NCBI GenBank assembly: GCA_964270895.1
Contig: OZ185440.1
Reading direction: 5' to 3' (one strand)
From: Podarcis filfolensis
Taxonomy: Eukaryota
Length of the DNA stretch: 64,000 nt
A model generated the notes under the pieces. That model was not told where the DNA came from. It searched no databases and worked only from the letters and a program-made list of their open reading frames with translations. This document shows, one piece after another, positions 12,842-25,495 of this stretch. Made by a program: the position numbers and the translations under genes. Numbering within the stretch: the first letter of the stretch is position 1; each line of letters starts with the position of its first letter.

Positions 12842-13739
12842 TAGTTTCAGCAGAAGCAACTGGCTTCCCCTGCCCTTATTAAGCTTAGAATATGTGGGCT
12901 GAACCATAGTTGCTTTATTAAGCATCCCCTCCCCAGCTGATCACTCATCAGAATATTGCCCATGTACCTGTGGATATTTCTGGTGCTTGCAATTTATAGG
13001 TAGCTGGGCAGACAGACTTCTCATTGTCTCTAGGGGCAAGGAAAACAACAACTGGAAAGCTGTGTCTCTTCCACACACACACACAGGCTTAGCAGGGCTA
13101 GAAATGCTTTTGTCTGGTTCTGAATTGGTGATTAAGCCATTAGCTGTATGTAGCTAATGCTTGAGATGACAACTAAACCCCCCACATTTGACTTTCTTGC
13201 TACATGGTGGGGCAGTATGTTTTAATTCACATATTAAACCTTTTACTGAGTGTGAGACCAAATGTGAAAATGGGGGGGGGGGGGGGCTGCTATCTGAAAA
13301 TCTTGTTGAGGTGTAAATTTGTCCCATGACTGGTAATGACTTCTCTTGTATAAGCTATGAATGAAGGAGACTGGACACAGTATATGCAAGGTAGCTGTAT
13401 TTGATGTCTTCCGCTGGTGAATTCGCGTGAGCTTTCCATGAGCTAAATCCCTGCTTGCAGAGCAGCAAAGTCATTCAGAGCCTCTCTATCCTGTAAAAAT
13501 GTAAACACACAAATCAAGGTGGGAGATGAGGCTTCCTTTCATTACTTTAATTTTGTGTGTTGTGCATGTCTCCTTTCTTTCCTGCACACTTTTATCCATG
13601 TGCAAGTGTGTAAGGTAGGTTTCCAGTAGCAGGACACACTGAGGGCATAGTGTGGCTAAGAGTTGCAATTCCATTCATTTTCTTTTTTCATCCATGGTTG
13701 AATTTTTTCCCCATTTTTGTATTTTCTTTTCTGTTTAAT

Positions 13740-14700
13740 TAGGTTGTGATGGGAAATTATCTCTATTCGAGAGTAAAACTCCTGACTTTGTCCCAAGCCG
13801 AAATTTTGCGTGTTGCACAAGTACATAATGGCGAGAGGGGTTTTTTTTTAAAATAAAAAAACAATTTCTTCATAAAAGCTTCTTAAAAGAGAAACTGTTT
13901 TCCTTCCCCATGCTGCCTCCTCCCTGCCCCCCCCTAATTAAACGGTTTGAATTTGCACGTTAACCGCTTGGCGCTTCCTCGGCGCCTCAGATGATTAGAA
14001 AGGGATATTCATTTATGCCTTTTAAACGCCGCCCCGATTAAAATCAGAGAGATTTTTTCCTTCATCAAAATCTAACATCCTTGAAAAATTAATTTGATGC
14101 CTCTTGTTATCAATTAATTGAATCTCGTTGGGAAGGAGGCTTGTGCAGCGGGTGGTTAGAGCTAGTCCTTCTGTTCTTAGCTGCTTTTTTAAAACACACT
14201 CTCTCCCCCCCCCTACTGCTTCTTCCAAACTGTGACATTATAAAACTTTCTTTTATTATCTTACTCTTCTTATATAAAATAAATGAATAAAACTTGTTTC
14301 TGCCCCCGCCTTTCTTGGGGTGTCTTCATATACTGTATAGAAAGGAAACCACCTCTTCCTTCCACTTCCTAAGAAGACTTCAGGAAAAAAAATAGTGCTT
14401 TAGCAATTTCTTGCCAATGTAGCTGGGTTTTCATTCTCTTTCAAATGGGGATATTGGATATTTCATTTGACTCTCCCTTTCAATTAAAAACGTAGAGCAC
14501 CTTCACTTAAACCTGCTTCTTTTCTCTGCTGAAGTAATTTTTTTGTTGTAAATTTCGGTTCTTCCCACGAGACGAGACAGACTCCTTCAATATGAATAGA
14601 CTTCTTTCCCCACTTTATTAACTTCTCAACTCTTTGTCCCCTTTTCTGCTTTCTTAAACAAAAAGCTGGCAATCAAAGGTACTGACTTATTCGCACAAGC
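13740..14700. promoter_or_regulatory. Candidate conserved non-coding element / alternative promoter of FOXP4
   Basis: No recognisable repeat. Locally high CpG retention (e.g. 13940-14040), TAATT/TAATTA motifs, TATAAAA at 14239 and 14273, CCCCGCC at 14304, possible donor after 14678. Function is inferred. Confidence 0.45.
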
Positions 14701-17700
14701 TTTTTTTATTATTTCTTTAAAAATTATTTAAATAAACTATATCTTGAAGTGTTTTTCTCTTTTCTGCATTACACTGAAACTGCAGAGTTATTCAAACTCT
14801 ATGTCTCCCTAGTTCTATAACATGATCATGAATAGATGGATGGAGCAAATTTTAGATTGCAACAGAATAGCATGAGCAGTAGAGAACAAATTTTTCACTT
14901 CCTCAATCTCCATTGCTTTAGAAAGGCCACTACTGTTAATGGTACTTAAGTGTTCTCACAGACCTGGCAAGAGTATAAACTTGTATGTATCGTTCACCTT
15001 ACGGCTACTGTTTTCAATCCTGTAGTGTTCTTCCTCAGACTGGGATCCCTCTAGTGATTAGGCTATACAGAAGTATTGTGAAATTAAAGTTTTTTGCCCT
15101 ATCTGTCCATCTGTCTGGATATAAAATGATAATCATGGAAGACAACAATGTAAACTTACCAGCAAGTCTGTTTAATGGCTATCTCACCTAGCTTCTCTGC
15201 TTAGTTTGGTCCTTTCATAGCTGTTTTTATACAACTGTTGTTGAGAAATGGTAGTGTTTCTGATTAACGACAGTCGCAGCTGAGAGCATAGACTTGTCAT
15301 GCAGAAATGGCTTCCCCTACAGACAGAACTACTGATTCGGCAAAAGTGAATGAAATTTTATAAATTAAAACACATGCACATTTAAGAAAACTCCACTGGA
15401 GTTCAGTTTTGCATAGCAAGTAATTTTGCAGGTTAATGTGTAATTGGCATAATTCTTATTTATGTGAATATGGTGGTCGATGCAATTCCTCTTTCAGAAT
15501 GAAAGTAGGAAACTATTATTATTAGGATGAATATATTTAGGCATATGCAACTTAAAAGTGCTAACAGATTTGCCAACTATAATTGACATAAAGTTTAAAA
15601 ATAAAACTAGTTGGAAATCAGGCATGTGCCACTGACTCCATTCCTTAGCTGGTTGGCCTATTACTAATAGAAACTACAAAAAAATCCCTAAATGTGAGAA
15701 CCTGATGGTAGCACAGCAAAAGCCATAAAATAGTTTGGACTTCAAATAAATGAAATGTTTTGGAGCATAATTAATAATTACCCAAGGGTTACCTTCGGTT
15801 GAACCTAGTATTGTCTAAGGGGTAGACCATTTAGCTCAGTTGGGGATTGAACAAAGCACATTTTGCATGCTAGTATGTGTTCTACCACTAATAATGCTGG
15901 GCTTTCTACTTTTTCACCAATTTCTGAGCCTACAATGCACTTTGCTATTTTGATTTCAAGCTTATCTTTTCAAGGGCTCACAAAAATGTTCAAGACCCAT
16001 TTACACTCTGTAGGCTGTGTTTTGTCACTTGCTTGTTCTAAATCATCAAGGGGTAGGAGGAGGAATATCAAGTCATAATTAAATCGTGGTCAATATTATG
16101 CTCCAGTTAGTTGTGAACCTGAACATAAAAACACCACCTAGCTTGGTGTGTTAGATATAAAGTGATAACTGAGCTGCTTCTATTCTGTGTATCCCTTGAA
16201 TTACTGATTTCTTAATTTTGCTAAGTAGTTTTTGCACTATGACAGTAGCTTCGTGTATTATAATTATGCAAAGGAAAAAAGTTGGAAGGTGTATGCATCC
16301 CTCTTCTTAGTTTCATCATCACTGATTGACTTGGAAATCTCTGGGCCCTTTGGGAAAGTGATGCTTTCAAGGTTTCTATATTGAAATGTATTTTTCTACT
16401 AAGCAGAACAGCATGGTTAGTTGGTCATCTCCTGTACCAAAGATGATCTTCGTGGAACAGCTCAGGGCTGTGTATGATGATAGAACTTCAGGTTAGGTGT
16501 GGGTCTTGCAGAGCATAAATTGAACTTTAGACTATAAAATGCTTCAACTGTCCTGGTTTTATGCTACCCTTAGAAGCTTGTTAGTTTAGTTGCAGCCTCC
16601 TATGCTTACCCTGATACTTCTATTGGTTATGGAAGTTCACAGTGCAGTGCATTGTGGAGCAGCGTTAGAAACTCTGATATATAAGCTAGGCACCAAATGG
16701 CTTCTTAAACCAGGGTTACAGTCACCAAAACGGAATGCGTAGTTGTTATTTTGGGGCCAGACAGCTCAAAAGTCATCTTTTCCAATAAGACTTTTTGCTT
16801 CCTGAAATTAATTGTGATTGCGCAGATAAAATATAACAGATAGAATTCTGCGGGATGCGTTGTTAGTGTGTGAAAACAGTCCAGATCCAAGGATCTCCAG
16901 AGGGCTGGAGACATCAGGTACCATCCTGACACCTGGGCATCTTCACTTGGTTGCAAGTGGCTGATAGCCAGGTGCCAAATGAACCTGGCGCCTGGCGAAT
17001 TTTGAACACTGTTGTGGAGATGACATCTGATCTCCCCCCCTTCCTCCAAGGGATTGCCCGTTTTATTCTCCCAACTACCCTGTAAAATACTGTGATTTAT
17101 ATCAGGCCTCTGAGTGAACTTGATGGCTGAATAAGGATACCCAAGCACATTATTTAAAATACCATAGTGGCTCCCCCAGCATTCATATATATTTAAGATA
17201 AAAAAATATTGCAATATTTGTTCTGGATTGGTTCAATTTTCACTTCTATTGTGACTTAAATGCATCAAGTTTATGTACATTAGAGCCCTATACTTGTTTA
17301 CTCTGATGTAAATCCCACTGAGTTCAATGAAGCTTACTCCTAGGCAAGAGGGTTTAAGATTGCAGTCTTCCAGACCAATCCAACCTCTCCTTACCATGCG
17401 CTAAATTTAGTAGCTGTAGTAGTGTGGTAGTGAAACCTTTTTAGAGTGGGCAAGGTTGATATTGGATGGTGTGCTCCTTCCTACAACTTCAAAGTACGTT
17501 CTCATTTAGATATTTTAAAGTCCTTTTTAGTATTCCACAAAAAACTGCATGCTCAAGTAATACATTTTCCAGCGTATTTTGAATAACTTATGTCAGTACA
17601 CGTCACCTTAGTTTTCTAATGCTGAATAAAATGGAGGGTTTGTTCACATGAAACTAGAAATTTCATTTGCCCTCTCACTTTTTTGTGCATGTTTGAATGT

Positions 17701-19598
17701 TGTTGATGGGAAATAAGAAGAAGAGGTCCATTTTTAGTGACTAAATTCTTACCACTGTAGGTTTGGCCTTTGCATGATAGCCTGAAATACTATATATGTT
17801 TATTGGAAATAAGCATTGAAACAGTGGGATGCATGCATAGGATGAATTTCATTTTTTAAAAATACTGTTATGGAAAAACAGCTTTAAACCCTGCATGTTC
17901 AGTGGTACATATTCTCAAGGTTGGCATGCATAGCTCTGAGCCTTAGTTGTTGAAAAGTCATACAATTTATATGATTTCGATTACAAGCCTGGGTTGCAAA
18001 AAATAGGTGTTATTTTTTATATATACAAAAATGAAATGGGAAAAATCTAGTTTATAGATTCATAGTATCCTTTCCTATAAGCCACACTTGAATATTTCAC
18101 TCTTAGTCTGGCTTGTACCTGCAGTGACAATTGGTACTTATTATCACTTGGGTTTGCCAAAGCGAATGGAGAAATATCTAGTCCTTAAAAACTGCATTGT
18201 GCATATTCTGGTATTAATGTGAATATAAGTTAATTTGTACATGCAGAAAATATTTAACAAGAAAATGGTGTCTGAATGATTGTCCTTCAGAAACATAGCT
18301 CTTTTTCTTTCCCCCACTTTCATAGAGTATTCAGGGACTCCATTCCTTCAGAGGCAGTGGGGTAGTACATTTTGCCCCAGATCGCATGTCAGCCATCTTG
18401 GACTTTCAGAATGTATACCAAGGATACACAAAAGTGTCTTACCCTAGGCAACTTCTTACCCTGTCTCTGGATTGCTCCCTCTTTTTACCTTGCAAAAAGC
18501 CCCCCCCCAATAATCCCTAGTTAACAGGTGAGGGGGGGACAGTTCTTAGTAGTTCTCTTGCTCTTTTCTCGGGAATAAGAGAGGCCACTCTGTATATCTT
18601 ACATACATTTGAGCTTTCCACAGAAATGTCACAGGATATATCTCTTTGCGTTTCATACACTTCTGGCCTTGCTATTTACATGCCTCGTCTCCCGTCCCCC
18701 ACCCTCAAGCCTCCGTAGTCTTATCATCAGTTGAGGTATCTATTGGTATCTATTGAAGTGGACCCTAGTTCACAAATACTTGCACTGCAATACATCTGTT
18801 AGTCTGTAAGATACCACAGGATTTTGTTCTTTGCAGGGCTGTTGGTTATAATCACTTTCCTAAAATCTGGTAATCTATCCTCATTGTGGTTTGTACTTGA
18901 TTAAAAGCAAGACCTTTTTTGTTCTGCATCACTTTTTATGTATAGTCTCGAATAAACTAGGGGGGTTATACGATATGATGGAAAATTTGGAAAACTCGGA
19001 TCTGAACTCTTAAATGTTCTTTGGCTTTTTAAATCCCATTCTTAGGTGTATGCCTAAGATGCATCTGGTGTGAACTTGATGGTAAACTTAGGTTGCCTTA
19101 ATTGGTTTGATAGAGGACTACAGTTGTTTTGGGGTGCCAGAAGTTGTGAATGACCAGATTCATTCTAAAAACAGAGGAAAGTATTGGCTAGAGTTATTTG
19201 CACGCAAGTCCAGAGGCACTGCATATGCACAATTATATTTTGAGGATGTCTTTTAAAAGAGCAGTCATGTTGGAAACAAGCATTTTTCGTTATAGCATGA
19301 AATAGCCTTCCCGGTGGCAACAGAACAAAAGTTTAAAAATTCAGTTGCCATCTCTGAACAGATTAGTGCTGGCAAGCAGTAGCCTCTTCTCTATGCCCTC
19401 CTCCTTTTTGAAACCTTTCAGGGTGGCACAATGAGGAAGGTTCTGTTACCCTCGCTTAGACCCAGTCACACACACACACACACATGGTTTCCTGAGTCTC
19501 CCAAACAGTAAGGCAGGAGCCCCTGTGTGTGCAACGTCACTATTTAATTAGTCGTCCCTGATTAACAAAACTTGGCGTTCAGCTTCCTTCTGCCCTCA

Positions 19599-19818
19599 NN
19601 NNNNNNNNNNNNNNNNNNNNNNNNNNNNNNNNNNNNNNNNNNNNNNNNNNNNNNNNNNNNNNNNNNNNNNNNNNNNNNNNNNNNNNNNNNNNNNNNNNNN
19701 NNNNNNNNNNNNNNNNNNNNNNNNNNNNNNNNNNNNNNNNNNNNNNNNNNNNNNNNNNNNNNNNNNNNNNNNNNNNNNNNNNNNNNNNNNNNNNNNNNNN
19801 NNNNNNNNNNNNNNNNNN
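19599..19818. other. Assembly gap (220 N)
   Basis: Run of N. Confidence 1.
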
Positions 19819-21789
19819 TCTTTTCAAGAGCTCAGCAGAAAGCAAGCAGTGGGTGAAACCAGGATGCCAACGCCTGGCACTTTTTCAGTCGCTGAAGGCA
19901 GCGAAAGCAGGCCGGTTGCCTCACCCAGTCACTCCTCTCCGCAGAAGAGATGAAGGCTTCCAATTCTAGTCTTGGCATCTCATATAGGATAATAATGGCG
20001 GAAGAAACTCTGCTACTGTGGAAGGATTAAAAAGTTGGCTATTTCCCCCCCTCATTCTGATGAAAGGCACATAGGAAGTGACCTTGTATCAAGTCAGATC
20101 ATTGGTTTGTCTAGATCTGTATTCTATAGATCAACTGGCAGTGGTTCTTCAGGGTTTCAGGCAGAATCTTTTCTAGCTGTATCTGGAAATACCATGGCTT
20201 GTACATGGGACCTTCTACATGGAATATTGACCTATGGCCCTTCTAGGGGAAGGCAAGTGACTGTATTGGAGAGGCCAATTCCTGCTCATTGTTAACTATG
20301 TGGTCCCCTATTGAAGTGCTAAGGTTTGCTTAAAATGGTGGATATGCAAAGGTTGTTCTAGGCTGTATTAGAAGCCCATAGATCCTTTTCTAATTCATCT
20401 TCATTCCCACCAGTTGAACACCTCCTGTGAAAATTTTCATTATCTTGTAAATACTTTACCTGCTGCACATAGTCTTGACGGTCTAGCCCCCTGGACTGGA
20501 CTTTCAAATGTTATTTCCTTTGTCAAAAATAGAGTCCCCAGTTGTACAATGCAAATGTCTACAATTCTCACTTCTTTATGACGTAGGAGAAAGGAGACTG
20601 TAAGAAATGTAAGTCTATGCAACTTCTCCCTGGCTCCAGCTTCAGCGAGACAACTGCTATAGAATTATTTTCAACTCCTCTTCAGAGTCAAGGATTTGGA
20701 GAAATAGGAAAAACTTGGAAAGCAACAGAATCTGGACAGGGTTTCACATTGTTTAGCACTGTGAGTTCACTAATGAATGTCAACACTAGAAGCAACACTA
20801 GACTATAGAAAATTATGAAGTGCAAGGGCATGGGACATTGAAGGGAAGTTGTCATGTTCTTTTAATGACTATTAGTGCATAGGGTGGGCTCAAAAGTGAC
20901 TTACTCCAAAATAAAAAGTTGCTTTTTAGCTAGATGAAAGTAGTAGATGAAAGCATCCATAGGTGTGATCCCATTAAAAGGGGTACCTGGACTAAGCCAA
21001 TCCTTGCTTCCTTAAATCTCTTCTAATTTACTGTAATGCTTTAAATTCATTTTAGCTCTTGCAGATTTTATTTTCTAATCCCTTTCCACATTTCCATGTG
21101 TTTGTGTGTTAATTAAAGGGTAAAAAGCCACTCTGAGCAATCCTAGGTTCTTCTTCTCCTCCTGAACCCTAAGCCTTTTAAGATTAAGAGCTGTTTTCTA
21201 AAGACTTCCTATTACCCACACTTGGGGAGGAATATCGTTCAACTCTTCACATGTTTAAGCAAAGACTGAATGTGAGTAAAGGTTTGTGAGAGAAAATACT
21301 TTATCCTTCAGATAGCTGTGCAAACTCATTCCTGGCTAGCACTAGTGTTGCTTAGTCAATCTAAAGGCCAAGTTGTAGCATTCTGAAGTGGTCCTAGGGA
21401 GGCTTGGCCAGTTGGCAAGGAGGTATTGCTCCCTTCCTTTCTACACCTTGTACAAGTCTCCACAGACCCTGGAATTCAAAGTATCAAGTCGTATGGTGCA
21501 GTATGTAGACTTTGGGGTTTTGACATGGGTGATGAGCCATGAGGCTTAGGGCAGCTTCCTGTGTGACACGTTTCTCCTTGGCAGTTGGAGGACAGAAAGA
21601 ATTCTGTGAAATAACCTTTATAAGGTGGCCTAGAAAATCACTGTTCTCAGTGCAACAGTACTTGATAATAAATCTTTTTTGAAAAAGACTGTTTTGTTTC
21701 CCAACTACTTAGCTTTAGCCTCAGATATATCCAGATCATTTGCTGAATGTTGAGAATAAAATAAGCAGAGAAACACAACTCTAGGCATG

Positions 21790-22190
21790 AAAAAGTGTTG
21801 ATTGTGGCATCTCTTATGCCTGAAGGAGCATCTCTTTCAGTACCAACTTGCCTACATGTTAAGATCTGCTGAGGCCCTTGTCCATGTACCTCCTTTATCA
21901 GAGATACATTATTTGACCGCAAGAGACAGAGGCTTCTCAATAGTGGCGTTATGCCTATGGCATGCCCTCCCCAAAGAGGCACACTTGATGCATGTATTGC
22001 AGTGTTCCTGGTGCCTGGAAAAAATGTTATTATTTACCCAAGTATCTTAGTCTGTTGTAAACTTTGGTTTGTTTTTAACATTTTTTTGCTGTTTTAATGT
22101 AATTTTCATTATGATATGATTTTTTTGTTGCACATCACCCTAAAATTCAAGTACAGTAAAGGATGATGTAGAAATGTTTAGGTAAGTTAA
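21790..22190 (+). mobile_element. L2 LINE 3' end
   Basis: Translation LKEHLFQYQLAYMLRSAEALVHVPP...RDRGFSIVALCLWHALP resembles the L2 ORF2 C-terminus (RAFSVxAPRLWNSLP), followed by a T-rich 3'UTR. Confidence 0.8.
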
Positions 22191-23604
22191 TAATAGTACG
22201 TTGCTAGTTAGGATAGTTGGGGCAAGTCTGTTCTTCATCACCCCACCTTCTTTGCCCCTCCATCTTCCTGGGTTCATAAAGCATTTCCTTTCCATTACTT
22301 TTTTGTGATCTTTTGCCAGAATATAGGCAACAGATTCTATTCTTAAGGGAGAGACAAACAGACTTGGGGAAATTTACAGGACTTTGCTAGGAAAGGATTG
22401 ACTGTTGTACCAACCTGTTGAACATGTTGGCATCTCCACTTCTTTAAATCAATATGTATGGTTTTTTATTGTACTGTTTTGTCTTGTGTTAACTGTTTTG
22501 ATTGTTTTTTTTAAGTGAATGGCATATAAATTTTATGAAATTAATAAAATAAAAAATATTTACGAGCTTAAATGAAAGAATTAAGTGTTTCATTTAGCTA
22601 CTTCTGCTAACCTTTAGCAAAGAGTAGCTGCATGCTGATGGATTTGAATCCTGGTGTTCACAACTTGGGGAGAAGACCTTTTGGGTGGTAAACTGAGTGC
22701 TATGCCTGGCCTTAGTCTCTTCCTTTCTTGGTAGTTCTGAAGCCTGAAAGAATGAATTGGGCAAACTGGTTTGGTTGAATGTTGGGAGGGGCTGAACTTT
22801 CAGAGTTTGGAACTGAATGGGAATTGCCCTGAAGCTGTATGAATTTGGATCTCTGAGACTGTGGTTATTAAAATATGACGAGAGTATGTTCCGACTTTCA
22901 ACCAAAAATAAGCTCCTGCCAGCTCAGTGCCAGAAGTTAAAAATTTCATTCGGCCTCCTTTTTCAGATAGAATGTGATATAGAAGGTGCAAGAAAGCCAG
23001 AGAATTGTCCAAAACACAGGGTACGTATGTGAATAGGGTTTAGAATATATTCTCTCCCTATGCTTCCTGGAGATTAGGGTTTGTTTAATCTAGACAGAAT
23101 GCTGTTGATGTTGAGTGTGATGTGCTACATATTGAATTTTCAGTCTAATCTTCATATTTTTTGGTACTGGAAGGAATCTTCATTCGTCTCAGATTGGTCA
23201 TGGCTTCTGGAGTGGGGAAGGATGTGTGTATGCATACACGTTTGTATATTTGCACATATTGCCTACTGCTGTGTGCATGCTTGGCCTACATACTTATATG
23301 CAACAATTTGCTGTACTACCACTGTATAGTAAGTTCACAATTTATGTTCATTCAGCTTTATGTGTTTGGCAATTTAAAAAAGGGGGGTGAGCATCCAGGA
23401 AAAAATACTTTGGGTGCAATGGCGGGTGGGACCTCCATTGTGTTTTGACTATATACAATTTGGGCTTTAAGTGAGATCCCTGGAGGGCTTACTGTACTTG
23501 CAGTGCACAGCTCTTGCTTGTACCATTCCATGTTCTGAACTTCCTGGATTTAACTGTGGAGTGCACTGAGGAGCTAGTGAGTGGTGCGTCTTGCTTTTTG
23601 ACAT

Positions 23605-23699
23605 ATATAAAAAAATAAAAGAATTTTCCAGTAGCACCTTAGAGACCAACTAAGTTTGTTCTTGGTATAAGCTTTCGTGTGCATGCACACTTCTTCAGA
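23605..23699 (-). mobile_element. Short Penelope-like element (PLE) insertion with hammerhead ribozyme motif
   Basis: 14-bp TSD TTGCTTTTTGACAT (23591-23604, 23700-23713). Minus strand reads CTGAAGA-A-GTGTGCATGCACAC-GAAA-GC-TT-ATACC. Confidence 0.8.
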
Positions 23700-25355
23700 T
23701 TGCTTTTTGACATTCAAGTTTGGACAAAATTGATATTTGCTCCTTTTTAGCCCATATACTATTTACAGAATCAGGTTTTTTTTCTAATCAAAGTGAATCC
23801 TCTTATCTTCTGATGACTTTTCTTTTCCAAGCTTAAAAATAGACCCTCACAGACAGGGTTCAAAACTAGCAGGGCACCAGGTGCATTTTGCACCTAAAGA
23901 TTCTCCATTTGCGAGCACCTCAAAAAGTCTGGGTGCCATGTTTTGAGCCTGACTGACACTCCAGGATTACTGAAATGTTTGTGCTTTGAAGCCTCAAAGT
24001 ATATGTTAAGGATAAACAATATGTTAAAGAGTTTAGCAATAAATAGTAGAGTGTTTTGAAAACTGAAGTATGGTACCAGTATTTTTATTGTAAACACTAA
24101 ATTAGACATGTATTAACAATTTCTGTTAAAGTGATATTAACAATCTCACTTATGTGAATTGTGTACTAGTTCATGCTTATCAAAATAATAAATAAAAAGT
24201 GTTGCTTAACCTGCCCCCCCAAATGGCGACTGTACATTCTGTTTTGGCGCCCACAACCCAGGTCCCAAGAGCCATTTGACTCCTATCAGTTTCTAACTCA
24301 CAGATCTAAGTAGACCTTGCTGTCTCTTACAGTGTTGTGCACTCTATTCTCCTGCTTCCCAAGTAGAAAGCAAATACAGAGTTTTTGCTGCCTTCTGGAG
24401 TGTTGCTGTTGTACTTGTGGGCTCTTGCTTTCTCCCTGCCACTCAGTGCTACTTGGCAGTGAGGTGGAAGGCACAGACACAGATGATGCATGTGGGTGTC
24501 TTATCTGCTGTGACTTACACCGGGGGGTCAAATGTGTAAAGGTGGCGAGAGCAGAATCTTTGATGGCAGAAGGTTCCATGACAGTTGAAGGTGCTCATTG
24601 GGGGAAGACTTGAGGCCATGGAGTTTCTGGTTGCTATCGGTGACAAGTATATTCTTGGCAGGAGAAGTTATTTACCCAACATTCAGAAGAGCAAAGCGGA
24701 CGGATGTGAGGTGATGATTTTATGTTGGCAGAAGGAATCTTTTAGTAAGATATATGCAGAGTTGAAATGACAGTTAAGAGCATCTACAGACTGTTGCTAC
24801 AAGCACATTAGCTTAACTCTCTTGTCTTGAGGTGTGTGGGACCAGAATATTGGAAGAAGAAAAAATTAAGGTGTCTGCCTGATTCTTTTTTTTTTTTTTT
24901 TGCTCCTGTAGTTTAAGAGATCGAGAAGTGAAAGGAGAAAGAGAAGCTTTTACTCCTTGCTGCGTCAAAAACTTTATGAGAAGAATATATTTGAGAATCT
25001 AACTTTACAGTTTTTGTATATGGTAAAACTGCAATTTGAAACAGTTGCTTCAGAGCACTGTCATAATATAGCTACCTCTGTAACGAGAGCATACAGTACG
25101 TGGGTTGCTGAACATTTTGATGAGCTTTGTACTGCTTTAAGGATAAACATTTCTGTGTTTTTGTACATGTACACCACTGCATTACACGTACAGCTCTCCC
25201 AATACAGAGAACAAATTCTTTGTAGCTTGCCCCCAGATCTGCAAATACTTCATTTTAAAATTCTAGAAGATAACATGTATATACTGTTACGTGTGCTTGC
25301 TCTCAGTGAGAGATCTGTCCATACAGCAAAACCAGCTGATCTCTGTGCTCTCTCT

Positions 25356-25495
25356 NNNNNNNNNNNNNNNNNNNNNNNNNNNNNNNNNNNNNNNNNNNNN
25401 NNNNNNNNNNNNNNNNNNNNNNNNNNNNNNNNNNNNNNNNNNNNNNNNNNNNNNNNNNNNNNNNNNNNNNNNNNNNNNNNNNNNNNNNNNNNNNN
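25356..25495. other. Assembly gap (140 N), probably a collapsed microsatellite
   Basis: Run of N preceded by ctctctct and followed by atgcgcac. Confidence 0.95.

Noticed and set aside
19572-19856. ORFs spanning N runs (also 24957-25571)
   Set aside because: Artefacts of assembly gaps.
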